Source: Giardia intestinalis (lineage: Eukaryota). Taken from it: 64,000 nt of DNA. Both the position numbers and the translations under genes were made by a program. How positions within the stretch are numbered: position 1 is the stretch's first letter; each line of letters opens with the position of its first letter. The notes beneath the pieces were generated by a model. The model had not been told where the DNA came from, searched no databases, and worked only from the letters and a program-made list of their open reading frames with translations. The stretch lies in NCBI GenBank assembly GCA_000002435.2, contig CM018791.1; one strand, 5' to 3'. Shown here one piece after another: positions 28,201 to 38,334 of the stretch.

Positions 28201-29764
28201 AGATGTCAATGGGACCACGGCGCTAATCATAGCGTGTGAGAACTCCTTTATAGAGGCCGTTACCTTGCTTCTAAAAGAAATCAATATACACAAACTGGAT
28301 GGATCTAGTCCAAGGTCAGTTGCACTTGCACGTAATCATTTCGAGTTAGGGAGGCTTCTCCCGAAAAAGCCCTTGCTGGACTCTTTTGGATGCACTCAGC
28401 TGATGCTTGCAATTGAGGCAGGAGACGAGACACTTGCTTTGACCCCACAGATGCTTTCCTTAGAGGGCTTTCAGGACTACGATGGCAAAACCGCCCTTAT
28501 GTACGCTGCCGAGAAAAATATGTGCTCGGTAGTTGAAGCTCTTGTGGGCGTGGAGTGCAAAGTTATGGATTACAGCGGAAAGACCGCCGCAGTTCATGCC
28601 TATTTGACAGGCTCTTTGGAGTCGCTGGCCATTCTTATCAGGTTTGAGGCTCTTCATTACCTCAATAATTCAACACAAACCATCTTTATGCAGGCAGTTG
28701 TGGCCCGGAACATAGAAGTTATACACATTGTTGGGCCATATGAGGCAGGATACCAACTGGAGGATGGAACCACCGCACTGTCACTTGCGAGAACCCTCAG
28801 TGAGAAGTCATGCGAACGGCTCCTCGAAGCTGTACTCCAGTATGAAGCTGGTAATACAGCTCCGCGGGCAACTAGTTTATTAGGACAAAGAGCAGATAGA
28901 GAAAAGATCATCTCTTTCGGCAGTAGTCATAGAGTAGGAACCCCGGAGATAGAGGAGCCGGGGCGAGATAATGATGGAAATACAGCACTAATTCGGTTAG
29001 TTCGCAGCAATTCCAAGGCGGACATCTCTCCCTTGCTGCATCAAGCCGGTCTTGTGAACCGAAAAGGAATGAGCGCTCTAATGTTTGCTGCAGAACTAAA
29101 CAATGTTTCCGCTGCACGACTTTTAGCTGAAAAAGAAGCAGGCTACACTGTAGTTTCACATATAAGCACGCCGTTCATTTTGTCCAATGCAACGGCACTC
29201 CATATTGCTGCTATTCGTGGCAACACAGAAATTGTACAGATTTTGGTGGAGCAGGAAGCAGGGATGGTGGATTATCGGAAAAGATCAGCACTGATGCTAG
29301 CCGCGTACTTCGGCCATCTCTCTGTTGTTCAATTGTTGCTTGGTAGAGAGAAGGCACTTCAGGACTCCAGTGGCCGCACTGCCCTGTTTTACGCGATTGA
29401 GAGTAACAAGGTGCGCATAGTTCAGGAGCTCTTACCGCATGAGGCGACTTTGGTGACAACCGCGGATTATATGGCTGGCCCCGGTTTCACTGCTCTTATG
29501 GATGCAGCTAGGCTGGGTAATATCGCCGCTATCAAGCTGCTTATGGCTAAAGAAGGTGGAATGACACAGCCACAAGAGGCTGGGACACACTCTAATTGGA
29601 CCGCACTAGTCTGGGCATCTTCTCACGGCCAACGAGAGGCCGTTCTCGAGCTTGCACCCTTAGAGTTAGAGATCTGTAGTCAACTGGCCTTTTACTATGC
29701 TCAAGATGCATCGATAACTGACTTACTAACAGAGCTCAGAAGCGCCTTTTCCTCACGTTCTTAA
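25229..29764 (+). CDS. Protein 21.1-family ankyrin-repeat protein (1511 aa) with a ~300-aa non-ankyrin N-terminal domain
   Basis: ATG at 25229 (MQTDSST). From about residue 290 onward there are more than 30 TALMxA-type ankyrin repeats. The N-terminal region has no recognisable kinase motifs. Confidence 0.8.
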   Translation: MQTDSSTGCEVGVACNALPDATYYLINLNQLPSGDAELTLFRANKLSVRKSYGFLDFSYTLINKESDLLIARKSPLISSSPFWDYLFDSQFRFQSCSLLFWHAFIFLLRVIRWASSQGPRHNVWLDFLNSALHGNVFDYLIVLDTGILVLDTPNLLLACLKSGTSTIKRISDETTPIVLEATLVWALGSYFSTTIPELFNNLDPCYSSLSGYTAYQPIDVSMQKLSSLADKIANGENSFPAAQILKDPIVRRMEILVDRLCLICRSDRGFTQLMTAAKENNENELKKFIYQSNLTSSTPLGLTALMVAIRNRSSLAAKVLVPYEACSIDSAGSTALMYSVQNKLYDGAEALASLECGIRNKENKTAIYLAYEQHDHKMLEILAPWENHLVYDNGKTLLMIASSQNNISAVNILLKYEAGVSDRSGHMASRYALLNGHREVFNALLPAEQSIMKRFSCTPLMIAVAQNDVKQVSIELNVYPRRKFKGITALMIAVLMNSKEEILEMLEAKEARMVNTKGQTALMLAVQRNLIPYVTRLAPLEAGIFDKRGHTALMYAIQAKNIAAVKILICYETGLVNPYTGATAHHMIKSISETEQDIALAQELTQTVGRYETFNRDAYGNTPLIHAVIANNKGLLQEYACQAKLRNFHGRTALHFAVELGNFEVAQELLELGAGGLQDYSGVTALMIAATNGQTDLLDLLLSHEAGETRRVTTAGKSALILALENGHTSAASTLAIYESGIVDEAGAFAAKIAAMKGYTNVFTQLYEQEKNLLYNDGFTHLMLAAIRNDIKTLRQNMQTDARTALPGSGMSALMLATIHGNQEACRLLLSVESCMVNSEGKTALMLAAERDLCSIVKMLSSIEAGLRDYRGTSALMIAAMRGHPENVAELMRYEAGIANNAKQTAASLAYWSNHKQIFCMLAQAELSIRDARGNTELMKAVMNKDIKQATAMVHLAGCKNFNGETALMIAVKERFYDGVVLLADLESSIQDVNGTTALIIACENSFIEAVTLLLKEINIHKLDGSSPRSVALARNHFELGRLLPKKPLLDSFGCTQLMLAIEAGDETLALTPQMLSLEGFQDYDGKTALMYAAEKNMCSVVEALVGVECKVMDYSGKTAAVHAYLTGSLESLAILIRFEALHYLNNSTQTIFMQAVVARNIEVIHIVGPYEAGYQLEDGTTALSLARTLSEKSCERLLEAVLQYEAGNTAPRATSLLGQRADREKIISFGSSHRVGTPEIEEPGRDNDGNTALIRLVRSNSKADISPLLHQAGLVNRKGMSALMFAAELNNVSAARLLAEKEAGYTVVSHISTPFILSNATALHIAAIRGNTEIVQILVEQEAGMVDYRKRSALMLAAYFGHLSVVQLLLGREKALQDSSGRTALFYAIESNKVRIVQELLPHEATLVTTADYMAGPGFTALMDAARLGNIAAIKLLMAKEGGMTQPQEAGTHSNWTALVWASSHGQREAVLELAPLELEICSQLAFYYAQDASITDLLTELRSAFSSRS

Positions 29765-30199
29765 ATGAATTACGATGACAAGCTGGTTAATGACATGCCA
29801 TCCCAGTACTTTCCGACAGATCCGTCGGGGCGGAAGAAGATTCTGAGGAAGCGCATAACTGGAGATGCCGTTAAATTCGATGAGGGTGCCCTCCAATCCT
29901 TCGTTACGGGTGGTCACAAGCGCAAAGAAGAAAGGCGAAGAAAAGCACAGCAAGAGATAAGGAGTAAGAAGCTTGAAGAAAAGCGTATGAAACGACGCGA
30001 AAAAGAAGCCACTAAGCGAGCAGAAATCCGTAAAACGAAGGCATTGGTGGAAAGTAACATTTACCTAAAGAAGACCGTAGAGGAGCTTAGAACCATTCAA
30101 AAAGAGCGGATGGGTGGCGAGAGCCAACAAACTGCTGAGGAGCGCAGCTTTGTGTCACCAGATGGAACGTGCATTAAAGCTGTTATCAAGAGCCTATAG
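29765..30199 (+). CDS. Nop25/Rrp17-like nucleolar rRNA-processing protein (144 aa, basic coiled-coil)
   Basis: ATG at 29765 immediately follows the TAA of the upstream gene (taaatg). VKFDEGALQSFVTGGHKRKEERRRKAQQEIRSKKLEEKRMKRREKE fits the Nop25 family core (F..TGFHKRK..R...A..EI followed by a K/R/E-rich helix). Confidence 0.5.
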   Translation: MNYDDKLVNDMPSQYFPTDPSGRKKILRKRITGDAVKFDEGALQSFVTGGHKRKEERRRKAQQEIRSKKLEEKRMKRREKEATKRAEIRKTKALVESNIYLKKTVEELRTIQKERMGGESQQTAEERSFVSPDGTCIKAVIKSL

Positions 30200-30204
30200 T
30201 ACTT

Positions 30205-30624
30205 TTAGTAAAGCCTTGCCAACTCTGACTCTGTTGACGAGCACCGGCCGGCGTCAATCTCATCAGAGATCACAGGTCGTATTTTTTGTGTTGAGTCAAG
30301 GGATAAAACGTCTTTACTCAGTAAATCGTCGAGCGCTGAAGCAATCTTATCTGCAGTGTCCTTTGCCTCGGAAGCTGAGGGTTGGTGCTCTGATGGTGTA
30401 ACTGGTTCAATTGGTAGATCTAGGTACGAAAAGTTGTGTTGAGCCCATGCAGGCCCGTCACTGGGACCCGTGGGAATTGTAGCCAAATCTATCTCGAGCA
30501 TCCGGTCAGAAGATGTATCTAGCATGTATAGATGCTCAAGTGAGACGGTAGAGCTATCGTTAGGACTTTGAGACAAAGAGGATAACGGGCCAGCAATTTT
30601 GCGCATTGGCTCTTGGTGGTTCAT
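30205..30624 (-). CDS. Hypothetical small acidic Ser-rich ORF (139 aa); coding status uncertain
   Basis: Its ATG (30624..30622) overlaps the TGA (30623..30621) of the upstream NEK-ankyrin gene in an ATGA arrangement. It fills the gap down to 5 nt from the convergent Nop25-like gene. The sequence is low-complexity with no recognisable domain. Confidence 0.2.
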   Translation of the reverse strand: MNHQEPMRKIAGPLSSLSQSPNDSSTVSLEHLYMLDTSSDRMLEIDLATIPTGPSDGPAWAQHNFSYLDLPIEPVTPSEHQPSASEAKDTADKIASALDDLLSKDVLSLDSTQKIRPVISDEIDAGRCSSTESELARLY

Positions 30625-33600
30625 TTTTCAGAGGCCTCAGTATTCATAATATCTGGGTCGTCAGCCCCATCGACCGTGATGATGCGATCAATATCTTCGT
30701 TTTGATTAGAGCCGCTTTGATCGCACATAGCAGAGAGCTCTTGACTTCGTAACAAATTTGATAGCTCCGCAAGGGTTTCCTGGGGCACACTCTTTCTGGT
30801 CCGTATCTCGTTTATGATATGCGCTTTACAGAAGCTGTACTCGTGAGGGAGAAGTAACTTCACGCAGTCAATGTGGCCACTAACAATAGCATAGTAAAGA
30901 GCAGGGTACTTCTTGCTCTTGAGCATTCCCTTTTCATACTCAATGAGTTGCCTTACTATGTCACTGTGTCCATTCTTTGCTGCGCACATCAGTGCTGTCC
31001 AGCCATCATCAGCTGTAAGACGTACCTCATCAAGAAGATACTCTACGCAATCTCCATATCCATAAGCTGCAGCGTACATCAGCGCCGACCACCCATCGTG
31101 TTTTTGAATGTGTGACTCGTGTGCAGATAGTACTCGAACAACATCAACCCTCCCAAGAGCTGCTGCGGCCATGAGCGCTGTGCGCCCTTCTGTCTTTTCA
31201 CACATTTTCGCCTCTTTGCAGACAAGCTTCTGAACTATTTCATGATGTCCCAGTGCGGCAGCGATCATCATGGCCGTAACTTCCGTCCAGAGAAGATTTG
31301 TCACCTTGTATTTCTTTGCAACAATCCCCCCTTCTCTATTCACTAGCAAACTTGCTGCCTCAACATTATTATTTGCCGCTGCAAGCATCAGGGACGTCAA
31401 TCCAGCGGAGTTTAGTTCCCTGGCAAGATGACAATACCGCTGAAGATCAGTGCTATTATTTTCCAGAACAGCACGATGAAGCTGTGTGTTTCCGCGGTTA
31501 TCTCTGACAGTGATCGGAGGAAGATCATCGTAGCAGTCCACCAGATGGTGCTCCTCTGCAAGGGCCCGAGGAGTTAAACCGTCGGATTTTCTATATATGT
31601 GTGCCTCGTCCTTCAGAAGGTGAACACAGTACCTGCAGCCAAACTCACACGCGTAGAGCAAAGCAGTCATTCCACGTGCATCCACCATCTTAATATATTG
31701 GTTTCTAAAGTTAAAGACAGAGGAAATGTCTCCCGTCTTTGCGGCGAGCATCAGAGGGGTCGTACGCAAGGAGTCTGAGGCGCTCCGCAACTGCTCTGCT
31801 GCTCGTACGTAATTATCATTTGCGTCCTTTTCACTGGCAAGCAAGATATTAGCTATTTTGTAATGTCCATTCATAATCGCATAACTTGTTGCGTTAAAGC
31901 GTCCCGCATGCATTCCAGACTCTCGTTGAAGTAACTCCATTACCACCTCTTCATACCCATTCGATGCTGCATACATAAGCGCAGTCTTATCTTCTGAATC
32001 AGTGAGGCACGCTTCATATGGAGCCAGAATCCGCACACACTCAATATGGCCTGCCTCTGCTGCAACCATCAGTGCCGTTTTGTTACACGAATAGAAGTTG
32101 TTCGGATTCGTGTGCACGTAGGCTTGTAGCTTTGCTTCCTCAATAGCAAGAAGGCGGCAGAGCATGGGACGATTATTATAAGCTGCATACATAAGTGCAG
32201 AAAACCCGCTAGAGTCGAACCGCTTTGACTGAGTTTGCATGAAGCAGAATGCTCGATATACGTCATTCTCCAGGACAGCATCCATCAGATCTGTGAACCC
32301 ACTAGGGTACTTATCAGGAGAACAGAGATGGAAGGTGCTCGTATCAGTACTAACAGTCCCGTCTTGGCTATGTCCTAACTGTAAATCTTTAGACGAGGAC
32401 TCTCTGACGTACACTGGCTCTGGACCCTCATAAGGGACAAGCGCCAGGGCAGTTTCCATGTTGTTGACCGCGATGGCCAAGTATAGTGCGTTCCTTCCAT
32501 TTTTGTCTGTCATGTTACCTTCGAGAGAGCACAGGAGTTGAAGTAACTCAGAGTTGACGGAAACTTCTTGATGGAAACGACTTCTTTTGAGCCTGCGCAG
32601 ATCGGTAGACGTACTTAGTGCCGATGTTGATAAAGCAGTAGTTGAGCGAAGAGTATTATCTGCAGGCGGAGGGAAAGATCGCGTGCTAGATTGGCTGCAC
32701 ATGATAGACATATCCGATGGAATGTCTATTGTGCTAGGATATGCTAAATGATAAGCCTCGTACTCGTCCAATGAGACACTCCCCCCAGTAATAGCATAAT
32801 GCATAAGCGCTGTTCGACCATTGATGTCACGCATTCCTGCTTCCGACTGCATAAGAAGCTTGCACAACTTAAGGTTGCCAATTGCCGCCGCACGCATAAA
32901 GGCGGTCTGCCCTTGATTGTCTGCATACTTACACTGCCGTGGAAGCCATGACCAGACCCCTACAAGGTCATTGTTCTCTGCTGCTCTCATTAAATTTGTA
33001 ACCCCGTTGCCATCTATGTTAGGAGCGCGATTATCTATTCCTTCATACTTCAGGAGAATAGCAGCACATTCAAGATGCTCCAGCTCGAGTGCAAGACTTA
33101 AAGCTGTTGTCCCATCTAGCAAGAAGCAATTACTTTCAAGAGGCGCCAATTCCCTCACAGCATCAATGGCATCCATCTCTACGGCAATCATTAGAGCGGT
33201 CTTGCCTTTCTTGTTTCGTCGTCCTGCATAGCCCTTTAACTTACTTAAGTCGTTGAGACTAGCCTCCTGCACCGCCAGGTGTAGCGGCGTATTTCCATCC
33301 TCGTCAGGACTAACTGGTGCATCCAAAAGAGTAGCCTGTTCAACATCCGGCTCCGTATGCGTATCGACCTTCAGCGATGTCTTGGAAAGCAGCTCGTGAA
33401 GCTTTTGCTCAGACGGAGCTGTGCGTCGGTATATAATTCCCTGGACTTCACGCAGCAGCAATATTTCGGAAGCACTTGGAAGAGGTTTTGCAGGGTCTTT
33501 TGATGTTAGTGAACGCAGAAATGACTGAAAGTTAGAAGAATATGTAACTGGGATATTTCCTGCTTCAGAAAAGGTCGCCAACTCATGCAGTATAATTCCT

Positions 33601-34484
33601 GCGTCCCGGATATCATCCTCTGGAGTTATCAAAATAAGCGATTCCGGCTCACCATCTGATACCCCTACCTCTAAATTGCGATACCCACTGAGTAAGGGCA
33701 GACCCACGGTGAGCTCATAGTCTGAACGAGATGAATAGTCGCACACAATAGTTGATGTAGAAAGGTTTCCATGGGGAAGTGGCAACGACTGATGGTTTTC
33801 CCCGGCACCGAATGAATGTCTAGCTCCACTTTTAATCTCCAGGTCCAACGGGCTGTGCATGACGGCAAGAAGGTTGAACAGCTGAGCGGCAATGTCCCAT
33901 AACGTCGACTCACAGATGAGCTGCCCCTTATTCTGGTACATGCTGCATATCTCTTTGAGCGTATGGCCCTTTGGTTCACAGGGTTCATAGCTAGCGGCAA
34001 GATAGTCAGACACAGCCCCAGTAGATGTCAAGAAACCGTCATAGAAGTGATCATATGTTCTAAGGTTCTCGTGTCGAAATAGCTTAAGGTTGTTGTAGCG
34101 CTGTTTTAGGTCGCGCTTGGGGCCCTCTTCCAAACCTTCTATGCAGAATGACACGAAGACGTGTGGTGTACTACTGCTTGGATGTGTACATAAATGTTTT
34201 CCCTGAAGCCCGCGGGTTTCGGTACTGTCAGGAATCAGCTTGTATGGATGCGGGGGCTCGAAGGGTGCAAATACCTTAGGGACATGTGCTTCTGAAGGAG
34301 GCAACTGGTCCTTATCAGAAATATTCTTAACAGATCCCGATTTCTTGGTCTTCTGTAATTTAGAGGGCGCCCTTGCCCCTCCCTTCCCTTTTGAAGCACC
34401 TTTAGCATTCGATTGTCCGCTAGAAGCTTGCTTGGACCCAGCTCTTGAAGAATCCTTGGTTGAGGTAGTCTTCTTTGGCGGCAT
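30621..34484 (-). CDS. NEK-like pseudokinase with extensive C-terminal ankyrin repeats (1287 aa)
   Basis: ATG at 34484..34482 (MPPKK). The basic N-terminal region is followed by a degenerate kinase fold (YNNLKLFRHENLRTYDHFYD, LWDIAAQLFNLLAVMHS, PESLILITPED, ILHELATF) lacking GxGxxG, VAIK, HRD and DFG. This is followed by about 20 TALMxAA ankyrin repeats. Confidence 0.8.
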   Translation of the reverse strand: MPPKKTTSTKDSSRAGSKQASSGQSNAKGASKGKGGARAPSKLQKTKKSGSVKNISDKDQLPPSEAHVPKVFAPFEPPHPYKLIPDSTETRGLQGKHLCTHPSSSTPHVFVSFCIEGLEEGPKRDLKQRYNNLKLFRHENLRTYDHFYDGFLTSTGAVSDYLAASYEPCEPKGHTLKEICSMYQNKGQLICESTLWDIAAQLFNLLAVMHSPLDLEIKSGARHSFGAGENHQSLPLPHGNLSTSTIVCDYSSRSDYELTVGLPLLSGYRNLEVGVSDGEPESLILITPEDDIRDAGIILHELATFSEAGNIPVTYSSNFQSFLRSLTSKDPAKPLPSASEILLLREVQGIIYRRTAPSEQKLHELLSKTSLKVDTHTEPDVEQATLLDAPVSPDEDGNTPLHLAVQEASLNDLSKLKGYAGRRNKKGKTALMIAVEMDAIDAVRELAPLESNCFLLDGTTALSLALELEHLECAAILLKYEGIDNRAPNIDGNGVTNLMRAAENNDLVGVWSWLPRQCKYADNQGQTAFMRAAAIGNLKLCKLLMQSEAGMRDINGRTALMHYAITGGSVSLDEYEAYHLAYPSTIDIPSDMSIMCSQSSTRSFPPPADNTLRSTTALSTSALSTSTDLRRLKRSRFHQEVSVNSELLQLLCSLEGNMTDKNGRNALYLAIAVNNMETALALVPYEGPEPVYVRESSSKDLQLGHSQDGTVSTDTSTFHLCSPDKYPSGFTDLMDAVLENDVYRAFCFMQTQSKRFDSSGFSALMYAAYNNRPMLCRLLAIEEAKLQAYVHTNPNNFYSCNKTALMVAAEAGHIECVRILAPYEACLTDSEDKTALMYAASNGYEEVVMELLQRESGMHAGRFNATSYAIMNGHYKIANILLASEKDANDNYVRAAEQLRSASDSLRTTPLMLAAKTGDISSVFNFRNQYIKMVDARGMTALLYACEFGCRYCVHLLKDEAHIYRKSDGLTPRALAEEHHLVDCYDDLPPITVRDNRGNTQLHRAVLENNSTDLQRYCHLARELNSAGLTSLMLAAANNNVEAASLLVNREGGIVAKKYKVTNLLWTEVTAMMIAAALGHHEIVQKLVCKEAKMCEKTEGRTALMAAAALGRVDVVRVLSAHESHIQKHDGWSALMYAAAYGYGDCVEYLLDEVRLTADDGWTALMCAAKNGHSDIVRQLIEYEKGMLKSKKYPALYYAIVSGHIDCVKLLLPHEYSFCKAHIINEIRTRKSVPQETLAELSNLLRSQELSAMCDQSGSNQNEDIDRIITVDGADDPDIMNTEASEK

Positions 34485-34499
34485 TGTTCAAAGTTTATT

Positions 34500-37400
34500 T
34501 TAAAGAATAGAGGATTGCAAAAGAGAAATGGTACTCTGCAGGTTGACGATTGCAACTTCTGGACATCGCTTAGAGAGAGCTTCTAAGATGAAGCGGGCAT
34601 ACTTCTTCTCTCTCTCCTCAGAAAGTAATAGGGTTACCATCTCGGTATGCCCATGAGTAGATGCATAATAAAGAGCAGAATACTTGCTCTTTTTGAGTAG
34701 GCCAGCTTCATAGGGTAACAGGAGAGACGCCGCTTGGAGGTGTCCGTTCCTGGCTGCGGTCATCAGAGCCGTCCACCCATCCTTCATCTGCACTTGTGCT
34801 TCTGCAGGTATGAGGACACTAACTACCTCATCCATGTTATAGGCCGCTGCGTACATAAGTGCTGTCCAACCCTCTGCATTCTGCATCCGTGCCTCCTTAT
34901 CGATCAAAAGACTTACGGTACTGGCATGCCCGTTGATGGCTGCAGCCATCAATGCTGTTCTTCCCTTTCCGCTATCCTTCATTCGTGCTTCTGGCGTTTC
35001 TGCCAGCGCAACCACAGCACCATCGTATCCGTGAGATGCTGCAATCATCAATGCCGTGACATCTTCCCACAGGACTTTTGTGGCTGGATAAGAGCGCACT
35101 GTTCTCCCTAGTTGAGTAGGGTATTCCCTAATAATGACGTCTACCAAATCTGTAAGGCCAAGCTCAATAACCTGCATCAACACCGTCAATCCATCAAGTT
35201 CCTTAGTTCTGTCTTGCAGGTGAAGAAACCGGAGGATCAGCTCTGGATCTTGTTTCCGAATAGCACGCTGTAGCTGATTCATTCCCTTGTCGTCGAAGAC
35301 CTCCACGATATCAAGCATGTCCACAATTTGGGGGTTTTCCTCACGCCAGTGTTGCTCTAAGAGGGCGCGCGCTGTAGTGCCATCCTTTGCTACTAGATGT
35401 TCTTCGTGCCGTAATTGCAGGATGCAATTTATGTCCCCAAAGATGCATGCATACATTAGCGCAGTATAACCACGTTTGTCTTGCAGACCCAGCTGGAAGC
35501 GATAGGACCATACACCAGGAAGGTCTCCGTTTTCAGCCGCTTGCATAAGCTCCGTGTGTCTACCCTGGATTCGTGAAGCCAAATCAGCATCTGGGTACCC
35601 CTCGTACGGGGTCAGTATTTTAGCGATATTCTCATTCCCGTGCTCTATAGCAACATACAGCGCTGTATAGTATGGTCTGCCATTTGTCAGGGTCTTCTCG
35701 TGTGGTGCCAGAAGCTTGACGGCGGCGCTGTTATTGTATCTAGCCGCCCACATCAGAGCAGTCCTCTGGGTGTCATCATGAAGCCCCTTTTCATGCTCCA
35801 ATAGAAGCGGAATAATAGCAACATCGTCACAGATTGCGGCGATGATTAGAGCCGTTGCACCTGGAACAAAGGGATTTATACTAGAGGTATCTGCTCTACT
35901 AAGAAGGACAGTGTCTGGCAAGGCTTCACTGGTTGCAATAAGGTGCTGCCCAGCCTCCTTTAGGAGTAACTTTACTATATTGTACAATGCATACTCCTGA
36001 TAGGTATCACGCTTTACCCCATTCTGAGCTGCGAAGTACTTAGATGCTGAGGCGTGCATGAGTGCAGTATAACCATCTCCTCCTGTATTTCCCAGTTCAG
36101 AGACCCATAAGAATACTTCGAACTCAAGATAGTTCTCCACAGCATTGAGCAGCCGCTGATAATCATTAGCCACAGCCCTATCTATGCTATCGTCATCACT
36201 ATCTATCTGATATTCTTGTAAAATCAGTGATCGTTCGGCAGCAAATACGACCTCAAAGATGTCTATATTTCTATATAAATAAGCAAGCTCTGATGCGAAC
36301 ACTTTTGCTGATACCACATAATTCCCCTCCAACCCTTTGCTAAAGTATGATTTCCCTTTTTCAAGATCCAAAAGAAGCTGCACAATATCAACAGATCCCA
36401 TCTTCACGGCACGGTGGAGGGCAGTCCTACCAGAGAAGTCCACAACTCCTGCTTCCAGCGGTACCAAAAGCTTAATGATTGCCAGAGACGCCTTACTTTC
36501 CACGGCACACATAAGAGCAGTTCGTCCATTTATGTCCTGCCACTTGTGCTGTCTAGGAAGCCAGGACCACACTGCAACGATGTCTCCTGCTATGGTAGCG
36601 CGCATTAGATCTGTCTGGTTCAAGGCATCGATATGTGGGTCTTTAGTTGAGACACCCTCCACATCCGTAAGTATTCTGGCAACGTCATAATGCTCTGAGT
36701 ACAACGCGTAATATAGAGCAGTATGGCCCTGTTTTGTAAACAATCCACCCTCATGGAAGACAAGAATATTGGCACCATCGCTCCAGCCCTCGATGGCACA
36801 AAGCATGAGGGCCGTGTGTCCATCTTGATTGAACCGTTTGGCATATTCCAAATTACGGCCGACTGCCTCTAAGTCTCTATCCAATACTGCCCGGTGGAGC
36901 ATAGTGTTCCCAACGCTGGCCGACGACAAGTATAATACAGATATGCCTAGGTCAACACTACTATCCATACGGCTTGTCTCGCGCGCAGATGGGTCACGAA
37001 AGACACTTGCTACTCTAGGGTAGCCGGCGCTATTACCTGCTGACATTACAGAGGTATGCTCTGCGAAAATAGAGCTCTCGTTGACGACCAGTAGCTCGCT
37101 AAGGTTCTCTGCATGCTCTTGAACTACGGACCTCGCACTCTGAGAGGTTGCTGCACGTTCTGCAGCTATGGGGTCTGTAACGTGCTTAATGTTCGGCAGC
37201 GAGGCTGCCTCTTTAAGATGACGATAAATCTCTAGAGGTGTGCGCGTCTGTACACTTGCAGATGACTGGCTCCTCTCTCTGAACTCAAGGTGTGTGAATG
37301 GAAGTAGCGCCTCGGTGACTCGTTGGGAAAGTAGCAAATTTGATACAACAGGTTTATCGTGTAGGCAGAGAGAACGAAGGGCCAGAATAAACTGCTTCAG

Positions 37401-38258
37401 ATCAGGAGAAAACCGCCGATGATCTAGAGAGGATAACTCAGCCTGGTAATCCTTTGATTCAAAAGGCTGTACGCCGGATGTACAAAGGTCGCAAAGGAGA
37501 AGTGCAATGATATATATTGAATAGATGTCCTTAGCAAAGGAACTGCTTGATGGATTCATGGATGGAAGGTGGGGTGGAACTAGCTTTATAGTATGAGTGA
37601 CAGGATCATAGAAGATGGTATCCGGCCGTATCCTTCCATGGTTGATTGAAATGGACTGCTCAGATGGGATTCCTGTCTTAATACTACTGTGGAGATAAGA
37701 TAGAACGGATACCAATTGTGCTAAAATGGCCCAAACTTCTTCTTCAGCAAAACTGTATATTGAGGTCTTAGTGATCACAGAATGAACAAGAGCAGAGTGG
37801 TTCGATGACGACAATCCTCCATTCTCTTCGCTAAGATCCTCAATAGTCGTGTCGTTGATGAGGGCCAGAAGCTCGCGCTCTACTTTACTCGCTTCCTCAG
37901 TATGGCTAAGACCATCCATTTCGTCCGCAAACGAGTTCATATCTGCACAGTTCTTACCAAACACATCTTCATTGCTCAGCTCTTTTTGGCCACCAAGGAG
38001 CTTAGCCAAAGACGGAAAGCTGGCCTTCTCCATCCATACCATGAGATTAGATTGACCTGAGCACTGAATGCTAAGGCATCTGAGAAGGTTTCTGTGAGAA
38101 AGGTGCTTTACAAGGGAGAGAAGATCACGGTTTCCCGCAATAGCCACAGCCAGGTCTTCGTCCAGAGCATCTCTACGCAAAATGGCAGAACAAGGCGGAT
38201 CGGCCCACTCGACGATCTGTGTATGGTTCCCAATAACAGTGGCGGGGGTTGTAGCCAT
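34500..38258 (-). CDS. NEK-like pseudokinase with ankyrin repeats (1252 aa)
   Basis: ATG at 38258..38256 (MATTPATV). The N-terminal ~330 aa are a degenerate kinase-like fold (LSHRNLLRCLSI, VWAILAQLVSVLSYLHS, IKLVPPHL) without catalytic motifs. TALMxAA ankyrin repeats follow to the C-terminus. Only 15 bp separate it from the next gene. Confidence 0.8.
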   Translation of the reverse strand: MATTPATVIGNHTQIVEWADPPCSAILRRDALDEDLAVAIAGNRDLLSLVKHLSHRNLLRCLSIQCSGQSNLMVWMEKASFPSLAKLLGGQKELSNEDVFGKNCADMNSFADEMDGLSHTEEASKVERELLALINDTTIEDLSEENGGLSSSNHSALVHSVITKTSIYSFAEEEVWAILAQLVSVLSYLHSSIKTGIPSEQSISINHGRIRPDTIFYDPVTHTIKLVPPHLPSMNPSSSSFAKDIYSIYIIALLLCDLCTSGVQPFESKDYQAELSSLDHRRFSPDLKQFILALRSLCLHDKPVVSNLLLSQRVTEALLPFTHLEFRERSQSSASVQTRTPLEIYRHLKEAASLPNIKHVTDPIAAERAATSQSARSVVQEHAENLSELLVVNESSIFAEHTSVMSAGNSAGYPRVASVFRDPSARETSRMDSSVDLGISVLYLSSASVGNTMLHRAVLDRDLEAVGRNLEYAKRFNQDGHTALMLCAIEGWSDGANILVFHEGGLFTKQGHTALYYALYSEHYDVARILTDVEGVSTKDPHIDALNQTDLMRATIAGDIVAVWSWLPRQHKWQDINGRTALMCAVESKASLAIIKLLVPLEAGVVDFSGRTALHRAVKMGSVDIVQLLLDLEKGKSYFSKGLEGNYVVSAKVFASELAYLYRNIDIFEVVFAAERSLILQEYQIDSDDDSIDRAVANDYQRLLNAVENYLEFEVFLWVSELGNTGGDGYTALMHASASKYFAAQNGVKRDTYQEYALYNIVKLLLKEAGQHLIATSEALPDTVLLSRADTSSINPFVPGATALIIAAICDDVAIIPLLLEHEKGLHDDTQRTALMWAARYNNSAAVKLLAPHEKTLTNGRPYYTALYVAIEHGNENIAKILTPYEGYPDADLASRIQGRHTELMQAAENGDLPGVWSYRFQLGLQDKRGYTALMYACIFGDINCILQLRHEEHLVAKDGTTARALLEQHWREENPQIVDMLDIVEVFDDKGMNQLQRAIRKQDPELILRFLHLQDRTKELDGLTVLMQVIELGLTDLVDVIIREYPTQLGRTVRSYPATKVLWEDVTALMIAASHGYDGAVVALAETPEARMKDSGKGRTALMAAAINGHASTVSLLIDKEARMQNAEGWTALMYAAAYNMDEVVSVLIPAEAQVQMKDGWTALMTAARNGHLQAASLLLPYEAGLLKKSKYSALYYASTHGHTEMVTLLLSEEREKKYARFILEALSKRCPEVAIVNLQSTISLLQSSIL

Positions 38259-38334
38259 ACAAAAAGACTAGTGCCCGATTTCTAAATCTTTGCGGCGCCA
38301 GCCGAGTCCATAAATTAAAAAATACGCTTTCACC

